This document shows, piece by piece, positions 14,464 to 20,488 of a stretch of 20,488 nucleotides of DNA. The position numbers were made by a program, and so were the translations under genes. The notes under the pieces are model-generated. The model had not been told where the DNA came from. It saw nothing but the letters and a program-made list of their open reading frames with translations, and did no database searches. How positions within the stretch are numbered: position 1 is the stretch's first letter; each line of letters opens with the position of its first letter. Source of the stretch: Nitrososphaerota archaeon (lineage in GTDB: Archaea; Thermoproteota; Nitrososphaeria; Nitrososphaerales; UBA57); assembly GCA_002713205.1 (NCBI GenBank), contig PAVW01000006.1, positions 78,670 through 99,157 on the forward strand. Reading direction: 5' to 3'.

Positions 14464-14991
14464 TTAATCAATATTCTTAAGCATATCTTTGGAAATCCTC
14501 TTTAACTTCTTTTTCAATGAACTACCACAATCAGAACATGTTTTTATTTGAGAATCAAATAATTTTCTACAATAAGGGCAAAAATTTATCCAAATTCCTG
14601 AATATTTAATTCCAGTGTATAAAAGAGAATTGAATTCAAGATTCATGATTTTTGCGAGATTTTGCACACCGTAATCATCGCTTATCAAACAATTATCAAT
14701 GCCTTGAACTTTGAAATCTAAAGCAAGTGCTATTATTGAAATATCTGCAGATGACAATTGTTTAATTTTTTCTATGTTTTTGGCATTGGTTTGTACTTTA
14801 GAATAATAAATAGGGAGAGGATTTTGAATTAATAATCTGTTAGTATTCAACAAAGTTTCTATTCTTGTTCTAAAGAAAGTGATTCGATTTAATTCATTAA
14901 GAATTAAATCAGTAGTATAATAGCATTCTAAAGAATGAAATGGTAAACCAGCATAAAAAGCAGTGGAATCGATAATAGATCTAAAATCCAA
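14464..14991 (-). CDS. nob1: Nob1-like endonuclease (PIN domain + C-terminal zinc ribbon), 16S rRNA 3'-end maturation
   Basis: 175 aa with a TTG start. It has a PIN-like N-terminus (IIDSTAFYAG), then LSSADISIIALALDF...LISDDYGVQNLAKIMNLEF (Nob1 hallmark DDY.vQNVA) and the zinc ribbon CPYCRKLFDSQIKTCSDCGSSL. It overlaps the nadK 3' end by 11 nt. Confidence 0.75.
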   Translation of the reverse strand: MDFRSIIDSTAFYAGLPFHSLECYYTTDLILNELNRITFFRTRIETLLNTNRLLIQNPLPIYYSKVQTNAKNIEKIKQLSSADISIIALALDFKVQGIDNCLISDDYGVQNLAKIMNLEFNSLLYTGIKYSGIWINFCPYCRKLFDSQIKTCSDCGSSLKKKLKRISKDMLKNID

Positions 14992-15802
14992 ATTTATTTA
15001 ACTGCCTAATAGGAGAATTATTGAAACGAAGAAAAACTGCATCAGAATTATGTTTTTTGATAGAAATTTTATCATGTGCTTTAATTTGAAATTCAACTTG
15101 TCCATCTACAACAACATATGCATCATCATTAGGAATGACAGATATATTCATAAGAGGTAATGCAAATGGAGGAATTCGAGATATAGGAGCTATTGGAGTT
15201 AACATCAATGCAGAGAGGTTTTCATTTAAAATAGAAGAACCAAGTGAAAATGCATGTCCGGTTGAACCTGTAGGCGTTGAAATGATTAATCCATCCATTT
15301 TTTGTTTTAATTTATGTGAATCTAAATATATTTCAAAATAACTTGAGCGTAGTTTTTTATAACGTTCTATATAAACTTCATTTAGAGCAGAAACGGATTT
15401 ATTTGAATTTAAAAAAAGTTTAATTCGTTTTCTACGATCAAAAAATACTTGACCATGTTTTATTTTTTCAATTGCTTTTGAAATTTCAGCAGGTATTAAT
15501 TCCGTCAATATTCCACGGCCTCCAAAATTTATCCCCAAAATAGGAATTTGTGATTTTATTAAACGTACTGTTTTTAAAATTGTGCCATCACCACCTACTG
15601 TAATAATGCATTTTATATTTGAATCGATTAGATTATCAGAAATAGACACAGTGTCAAAGTTTTTGGAAATTAATGGAGAAATTAGTTTTACAGTGAATCC
15701 AGAGCGCATAAATTTTTTTGCAATATTAATTGCAGATTTAGCAGCTATCAAATCTGAGTCTTTAGATATTATTGCAAACGAATCAATATGTTTAGTATTC
15801 AA
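14981..15802 (-). CDS. nadK: NAD(+) kinase
   Basis: 273 aa with a TTG start (stops lie immediately upstream; the first ATG is only at codon 32). It has the GGDGTIL motif (ITVGGDGTILKT), NEVYIER, and ISTPTGSTGHAFSLGSSI (the TPTGSTAY motif). Confidence 0.9.
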   Translation of the reverse strand: MNTKHIDSFAIISKDSDLIAAKSAINIAKKFMRSGFTVKLISPLISKNFDTVSISDNLIDSNIKCIITVGGDGTILKTVRLIKSQIPILGINFGGRGILTELIPAEISKAIEKIKHGQVFFDRRKRIKLFLNSNKSVSALNEVYIERYKKLRSSYFEIYLDSHKLKQKMDGLIISTPTGSTGHAFSLGSSILNENLSALMLTPIAPISRIPPFALPLMNISVIPNDDAYVVVDGQVEFQIKAHDKISIKKHNSDAVFLRFNNSPIRQLNKFGF

Positions 15803-15833
15803 TTATGTCTAAATTATTACTTATCAAGAATCG

Positions 15834-15841
15834 TTATATAT
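15834..15841 (+). promoter_or_regulatory. Candidate TATA box (TTATATAT) for a leaderless aIF5A transcript; possibly bidirectional with nadK
   Basis: Its centre is about 27 nt upstream of ATG 15865. This supports ATG 15865 rather than the GTG at 15859 used by the ORF track. Confidence 0.4.
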
Positions 15842-15864
15842 CTTACCCATGATTTGCGGTGTGT

Positions 15865-16257
15865 ATGAGTAAGCCAGCAGATTTAGGTAGTGTCAAAGTA
15901 GGATCTTATATAATTATCAATGGTGAGCCATGTAGGATAGTAGAATATGATAAATCAAAACCTGGAAAACACGGATCTGCAAAGGCAAGAGTAGTAGCAA
16001 GAGGAGTTTTTGATGGTTCTAAACGTAGTATTGTATCTCCAGTTTCTGCAGGTATAGAAATACCTATTATTGAAAAAAGGGTGGGTCAGGTAATTTCTAT
16101 TTTATCAAATGTCCAATTAATGGATATGGAAACCTTTGATACTTTTGATACATCATTTCCGAGTGATGAAGAATTAAAGAAAAAAATAATTGAAGGTATA
16201 GAAGTAGAATATTGGCGAATTTTAGGAAGAACAAAGATAGTACGAGTTAAGAATTAG
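15865..16257 (+). CDS. eif5a: Translation initiation factor 5A (aIF5A, hypusine-containing)
   Basis: MSKPADLGSVKVGSYIIINGEPCRIVEYDKSKPGKHGSAKARVV carries the hypusination loop KPGKHG. It has a C-terminal OB domain. The product is 130 aa from ATG 15865. Confidence 0.95.
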   Translation: MSKPADLGSVKVGSYIIINGEPCRIVEYDKSKPGKHGSAKARVVARGVFDGSKRSIVSPVSAGIEIPIIEKRVGQVISILSNVQLMDMETFDTFDTSFPSDEELKKKIIEGIEVEYWRILGRTKIVRVKN

Positions 16258-16264
16258 GTTCTAA

Positions 16265-17398
16265 TTATCTTAAAAATTTTTTTTTCTTCGGTTTAGGGAG
16301 ACCCATTTCTTCAGATAGGGTTTCAATTAACTTTCTGGTTTTGGAATTTATTTTGTTTGGAATCGAAAGATGAACTTTTACTAACATATCCCCACGTCCA
16401 AACCCACGAAGTTTAGGGAAACCTTTACCTTTTAATTTGAAAATCGTTTCAGGTTGTGTTCCTGAAGGAATTTTAATATTAGCATTTCCATCAAGTGTAG
16501 GTACAGTTAATTCACCTCCCAATGTTGCAGTTGGAAAAGAAATCTCAGATTCGTGTATGAGTAGATCACCATCGCGAATAAATCGTGAATCATGTTTCAG
16601 ATGAGTAATTATATAAAGATCACCATAAGGACCATTACCTGAAGTTGCATCACCATAGCCTTTTAATCGAATACGGGTACCCTCGTCTGTACCAGGCGGA
16701 ATCTTTAAGTCTATTTTTTGTTTTTTTTGTATCATACCAATACTTTTGCAATGTTTGCACGGTTTTGTGATTAATTTACCTTTTCCTTGACATTGTGAAC
16801 AGTCTTGAACACGAACGAATCTAGCAAATCCAGTGGACTGAACTAACTGAACTTGTCCTTTTCCATTACAAGAAGAACATGTTATTGAAGAAGAAATATC
16901 ATATGCGCCTGATCCATTACAAGAATCACAAATAATAGTTCTTGGAATTATTATGTTTAGATGTTCGCCATGATAAGCTTGTTCAAAGCTTAATTCAACA
17001 TCATGACGTAAATCTTGACCTTGAGGTGAAGCACGATTATCTGATCCCCCAAACCCTGAGCCAAATAAACTACCAAATAAACTGCCTAGATCTACATTAA
17101 CACCACCAAAACCTGTTCCTTGAAAGATTTCATTAAAATCTGTATGTTTAAAAATATCTTCTTGGGTAAATCTTCCATCAATTCCATCATGACCAGTTTG
17201 ATCATAAATACGTCGTTTTTCAGGATTTGATAATATCCCATAAGCAGTGGATATTTCGTTGAATTTTTCTTCGGCGTTATTTGATTTATTACGATCAGGA
17301 TGATATTTTAGGGCAAGTTTTCGATAAGATTTTTTAATTTCATCAGGGGCAGTATTTCGATCTACACCTAGAACTTCATAATAATCACGTTTTGCCAT
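16265..17398 (-). CDS. dnaJ: Chaperone DnaJ (type I Hsp40)
   Basis: It has a J domain with HPD (YHPDRN), a G/F-rich linker ([23 protein letters not shown]) and four CxxCxG(x)G zinc-finger repeats ([32 protein letters not shown]). Confidence 0.97.
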   Translation of the reverse strand: MAKRDYYEVLGVDRNTAPDEIKKSYRKLALKYHPDRNKSNNAEEKFNEISTAYGILSNPEKRRIYDQTGHDGIDGRFTQEDIFKHTDFNEIFQGTGFGGVNVDLGSLFGSLFGSGFGGSDNRASPQGQDLRHDVELSFEQAYHGEHLNIIIPRTIICDSCNGSGAYDISSSITCSSCNGKGQVQLVQSTGFARFVRVQDCSQCQGKGKLITKPCKHCKSIGMIQKKQKIDLKIPPGTDEGTRIRLKGYGDATSGNGPYGDLYIITHLKHDSRFIRDGDLLIHESEISFPTATLGGELTVPTLDGNANIKIPSGTQPETIFKLKGKGFPKLRGFGRGDMLVKVHLSIPNKINSKTRKLIETLSEEMGLPKPKKKKFLR

Positions 17399-17404
17399 GA
17401 ATCA

Positions 17405-19309
17405 TCATGATTTATTATCATTATCTTCTGCAGAATCATCAGTGACATCAAAATCAGCATCAACTACATCTGCTTGATCAGCTGTATTAGAAGTTGAATC
17501 TTTTGATTGATTATCATTGTTAGGAGGAGGAGATGATGATTGTGTAGATTGTGTAGATTCTGTTTGTTTATATACAGATGAACTAAGTTCTTGAATAAAC
17601 TTGCTAAAAGCGTCAGTTTTTTCATTTATCAGAGAAATATCATTAGATGGAAGAGCATCTTTCAAGTCTTTGACTTTTTGATCTAATTGAGAAATTTGTT
17701 CTGTAGAAAGCTTATCTTTTAGATCATTTTTTGTTCTTTCAGCAGTATATATCATATGTTCAGCAGTGTTTGTTGCTTCAGCAAGTTCTTTTCTTGTCTT
17801 ATCTTGATCAGCAAATTGTTCAGCATCTTTTTTTGCTTTTTCAATTTCGTCATCTGATAAATTACTTGAGGCAGTAATAGTAGTACTCATTTCTTTGTTA
17901 GTAGCGAGGTCTTTAGCAGAAACTTTGATTATTTTATTTGCGTCAACATCAACAGTGACTTCAATTTGTGGAATGCCTCTTGGTGCAGGAGGTATACCAC
18001 CGAGTACAAATTCACCAAGAAGTGTATTATCTGAAACCATTGGTCTTTCTCCTTGACAAATTTTAATTTGAACAGCGTTTTGATTGTCTGCTGCTGTAGA
18101 AAAGATTTGGGATTTTTTAGTAGGAATAGTAGTATTCCTTGGAATTAGTTTAGTATTAACACCTCCGAGAGTTTCAATACCAATGGAAAGAGGTTGATTA
18201 TCAATTACCACCATACTAGCAGTAGTTGAATCACCACTCATAATTGATCCTTGTAATGCTGCACCATGAGCAACACATTCCATAGGATCTATACCAGTTT
18301 CTGGATCATGACCAGTTAATTTTTGAACGAATTCTTTAACGCAAGGCATTCTTGTAGGACCGCCAACAAGAATAACTTTATCAATAGAGGAAGGATCTAG
18401 TTTTGAATCAGAAAATGCTTTTCTTATTGGTTCTTCACATTTTTGTAATATAGGAAATACTATATCTTCAAGTTTAGCACGACTTAGAGTATTTCTAAAA
18501 TTAAAATTATTATCAGCAGATAAATTCGGTACGTTAGTTTCTACTACTATTTCTGTAGACAATCGGACTTTTGCTTGTTCAGCAGCTAATCTAAGAGATC
18601 GAATAGCATCAGCGTCATCTTTTAGATCCACTCCGCGTTGTTGTTTAACTTCATCTTTAAAATAATCCAATATTGCGTGAGTCATATCTTCACCGCCAAG
18701 TTGTGTATCTCCAGTAGTGGTTATTACATTCAATACACCGCCACCTAATTCCATTATTGTAATATCAAGAGTTCCGCCACCAAAATCAAAAACCATTACT
18801 TTTTGCTCAGAATCCGTTTTGTTAAAACCATAAGCTAAAGCTGCAGCAGTAGGTTCATCAAGAAGTCTAATTACATCTAAACCAGCAATTTTTCCAGCAT
18901 CTTCAGTAGCTTTTCTTTGATTAGCATCAAAATATGCAGGAACGGTAATAACAACTTTTTCAACTTTCTGACCAATTCTATTTTCTGAATCAGATTTTAT
19001 TTTTCGAAGAATTAATGCAGAAATTTGTTCAGGAGTATAATCTTTACCATCTATATTTTGTTTATGTTTTGTACCCATTTTTCTTTTAATTGCTGTTATT
19101 GTCCTACTAGGAGGATAATTTTTTGCAGTTTCACCAACAACAGGGGGACCTTCTGAAGGAAAGGCAACTACTGAAGGAAATGCTTTTCCATATAATCCTG
19201 CACCTTCTGAACTAGGTATAAGCTCAGGTCGACCCATATTCATAAAAGCTGCAGCTGAATTACTAGTACCCAAATCAATTCCAATTATTTTAGATTTAGT
19301 TTCTGACAT
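17405..19309 (-). CDS. dnaK: Chaperone DnaK (Hsp70)
   Basis: It has [44 protein letters not shown] and the rest of the Hsp70 layout. The C-terminal tail is low-complexity and acidic ([15 protein letters not shown]...[18 protein letters not shown]). Confidence 0.98.
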   Translation of the reverse strand: MSETKSKIIGIDLGTSNSAAAFMNMGRPELIPSSEGAGLYGKAFPSVVAFPSEGPPVVGETAKNYPPSRTITAIKRKMGTKHKQNIDGKDYTPEQISALILRKIKSDSENRIGQKVEKVVITVPAYFDANQRKATEDAGKIAGLDVIRLLDEPTAAALAYGFNKTDSEQKVMVFDFGGGTLDITIMELGGGVLNVITTTGDTQLGGEDMTHAILDYFKDEVKQQRGVDLKDDADAIRSLRLAAEQAKVRLSTEIVVETNVPNLSADNNFNFRNTLSRAKLEDIVFPILQKCEEPIRKAFSDSKLDPSSIDKVILVGGPTRMPCVKEFVQKLTGHDPETGIDPMECVAHGAALQGSIMSGDSTTASMVVIDNQPLSIGIETLGGVNTKLIPRNTTIPTKKSQIFSTAADNQNAVQIKICQGERPMVSDNTLLGEFVLGGIPPAPRGIPQIEVTVDVDANKIIKVSAKDLATNKEMSTTITASSNLSDDEIEKAKKDAEQFADQDKTRKELAEATNTAEHMIYTAERTKNDLKDKLSTEQISQLDQKVKDLKDALPSNDISLINEKTDAFSKFIQELSSSVYKQTESTQSTQSSSPPPNNDNQSKDSTSNTADQADVVDADFDVTDDSAEDNDNKS

Positions 19310-19937
19310 TTACATTTTCCTCTTTCGTATTAGATTCAGATTGAGATACTGCAACTTCACTAAACTGAAAAACATTACCAGAAATTTTATAACCTTTTTT
19401 AATTTCTTTGCAAATTATATTGTCTCCATAATCATCAGTTGAAATTTCTTCAACTACACGATGTAAACTTGGATCAAATTTTTCGCCGGTTTTAACCTCA
19501 ATAGGTTCAACCGATTCAAATTTGAAGATTTGTTCAAGTTTTAAAATAACAGTTTCAATGCTTTCACTCAGATTTTCGAAATCCTTGGAATTTTTAACAA
19601 CTCGATTTATATCTTCATATAGTTCAATCAGGTGTTTAATAACATCAATACGAGATTTCATTTTAGCATTTAACAAATCTTGTTCTTTGAGTTTTTTATA
19701 ATTATCAAAATCTGCATATAAATATGAATAATCTTTCTTCGATTTTTCAAATTCAACTTTAAGAGTTTCTAATTCAGACTCTAAGTCTAGAACCCTTTTT
19801 GTATTTTGTGGTGATGTTCTGTGTTTTTGAAAACATTCTTTGCAATAAACTGGTCTATCTTCGTCCGGTTTAAATGGAACTTCATCTCCATTACCACAAT
19901 CTACACAGATTATTTTATTCATTTCTCGTCTTCTCAT
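19296..19937 (-). CDS. grpE: Nucleotide exchange factor GrpE with an N-terminal CxxC-x17-CxxC zinc-ribbon extension
   Basis: The GrpE core is present: YLYADFDNYKKLKEQD..., ...GEKFDPSLHRVVEE..., KKGYKISGNVFQFSEVAV. The N-terminal 35 aa are MNKIICVDCGNGDEVPFKPDEDRPVYCKECFQKHR. The start is ATG 19937 (MRRREM...) or ATG 19922 (MNKII...). The 3' end overlaps the dnaK start by 14 nt. Confidence 0.9.
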   Translation of the reverse strand: MRRREMNKIICVDCGNGDEVPFKPDEDRPVYCKECFQKHRTSPQNTKRVLDLESELETLKVEFEKSKKDYSYLYADFDNYKKLKEQDLLNAKMKSRIDVIKHLIELYEDINRVVKNSKDFENLSESIETVILKLEQIFKFESVEPIEVKTGEKFDPSLHRVVEEISTDDYGDNIICKEIKKGYKISGNVFQFSEVAVSQSESNTKEENVNVRN

Positions 19938-19950
19938 ATACCTTCAATTA

Positions 19951-19965
19951 CTAGTTCCTAACTAG
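19951..19965. promoter_or_regulatory. Perfect 6-3-6 inverted repeat CTAGTT-cct-AACTAG in the grpE-dnaK-dnaJ leader; candidate operator
   Basis: The repeat is seen directly in the sequence. It lies 14-28 nt upstream of ATG 19937 and about 20-40 nt downstream of the best TATA candidate, so it covers the predicted TSS. Confidence 0.3.
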
Positions 19966-19985
19966 AAGATAGTAACTTAACCATA

Positions 19986-19993
19986 TCTATAAA
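19986..19993 (-). promoter_or_regulatory. Candidate TATA box (TTTATAGA on minus strand) of the grpE-dnaK-dnaJ operon
   Basis: This is the best TATA-like element in the 120-bp divergent spacer. Its centre is about 52 nt upstream of ATG 19937, which implies a 5' leader of about 26 nt. The likely leaderless genes elsewhere in the window differ in this respect. Confidence 0.3.
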
Positions 19994-20057
19994 TCTTTTC
20001 CTTCAATAGATAAAATTTAATTTGGATTTTAATAATGCAGAATGAATTAGATAACAT

Positions 20058-20488
20058 ATGACTGATGGAATTTCATTCTCTTCGGGTGGCAAAGATTCAA
20101 TACTTTCGCTTCATTTAGCTCATAAAAATGGAATTAATATCAAAGGCATGGTAACAATGATTCCTGAAGATTCCGAAAGTATGCTATATCATACACATAA
20201 TGTATCACTAGTGAAGATAATTGCAGAAGTGATGGGAATCAAATGGATTTCAGTAAATGCTCCAAAGAATTCTGAAATCGATGCATTAACTAATGCATTG
20301 AAAAAATTAGATGCAAAATATCTAATAACAGGAGGAATAGAATCAAATTATCAAAAGAAAAAATTCGATAATGTATGTAAAGAAGTAAATATGAAACATT
20401 ATGCACCGTTATGGGGTTTAGACGCCAATAAATTATATGAGAATATTATTATGAATAAAATAGATCCAATAATTGTTTCGGTAGCTGC
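20058..20488 (+). CDS. dph6: Diphthine-ammonia ligase (Dph6/MJ0570-like N-type ATP pyrophosphatase), 5' part; runs off the right edge of the window
   Basis: The frame is open from ATG 20058 to the window end, so it is missing from the ORF track. It has the PP-loop FSSGGKDS, then ...MLYHTHN..., ITGGIESNYQKKKFDNVCKEVNMKHYAPLWG, typical of the MJ0570/Dph6 family. Confidence 0.8.
   Translation, partial: MTDGISFSSGGKDSILSLHLAHKNGINIKGMVTMIPEDSESMLYHTHNVSLVKIIAEVMGIKWISVNAPKNSEIDALTNALKKLDAKYLITGGIESNYQKKKFDNVCKEVNMKHYAPLWGLDANKLYENIIMNKIDPIIVSVA

Noticed and set aside
13331-15812. ORFs 13331..13549 (+), 13530..13748 (+), 15135..15341 (+) and 15582..15812 (+)
   Set aside because: They are antisense shadows of the cupredoxin and NAD kinase genes.
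17541-17558. 9-nt tandem repeat (tgtgtagat x2) in the dnaK 3' region
   Set aside because: It simply encodes the STQSTQ low-complexity tail of DnaK. There are only two copies and the repeat is in frame. It is at most a minor length polymorphism site.
1-20488. Searched by eye for CRISPR repeats, transposase, integrase or recombinase genes, toxin-antitoxin pairs, restriction or defence genes, and long direct or inverted repeats
   Set aside because: None found. Apart from the edge genes, every sizeable ORF has a housekeeping, envelope or metal-homeostasis assignment, or is a membrane hypothetical in an operon context. I do not claim a defence or mobile system in this window.

Overview
AT-rich (roughly 30% GC), very tightly packed archaeal chromosome segment. 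The gene content (aIF5A, Nob1, Dph6, archaeal-type MtaB, crenarchaeal-type SSB, A1:U72 tRNA-Gln, cupredoxin genes, bacterial-type grpE-dnaK-dnaJ) and the multi-intron tRNA suggest a marine ammonia-oxidising thaumarchaeon (Nitrosopumilales-like); this assignment is inference. I support 25 protein-coding genes, two of them cut by the window edges and therefore missing from the ORF track, plus one tRNA. Left to right they are: a BNR/Asp-box surface protein; a membrane-anchored coiled-coil protein; a TauE/SafE (TSUP) permease interrupted by one in-frame TGA, followed by a DUF1634-like partner; a tail-less SSB; an AglH/MraY-like GlcNAc-1-P transferase with a translationally coupled mini membrane protein; a minus-strand sugar-modification operon (Rossmann/dehydrogenase-like protein, Gfo/Idh/MocA oxidoreductase, Trm112-like protein, LbH acetyltransferase, peroxiredoxin) placed divergently to a DUF354 gene; tRNA-Gln; a radical-SAM methylthiotransferase; a presenilin/SPP homolog; a ZIP permease coupled to a CuA-like cupredoxin; Nob1; NAD kinase; aIF5A; dnaJ; dnaK; grpE; and Dph6. 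I see no CRISPR array, transposase, integrase, defence island or long repeat, so this is mostly housekeeping DNA. The observations most worth a second look are: (1) a tRNA-Gln(UUG) gene with three introns, each in its own bulge-helix-bulge motif; (2) the single in-frame TGA splitting an otherwise intact TSUP permease; (3) a translationally coupled ZIP plus CuA-like cupredoxin pair whose axial Met is replaced by His; (4) a GrpE with an N-terminal CxxC-x17-CxxC zinc ribbon and a palindrome over its predicted transcription start; (5) the glycan operon with a very divergent dehydrogenase-like protein and an embedded Trm112-like protein. All functional calls rest on motif recognition by eye. No database search was run.
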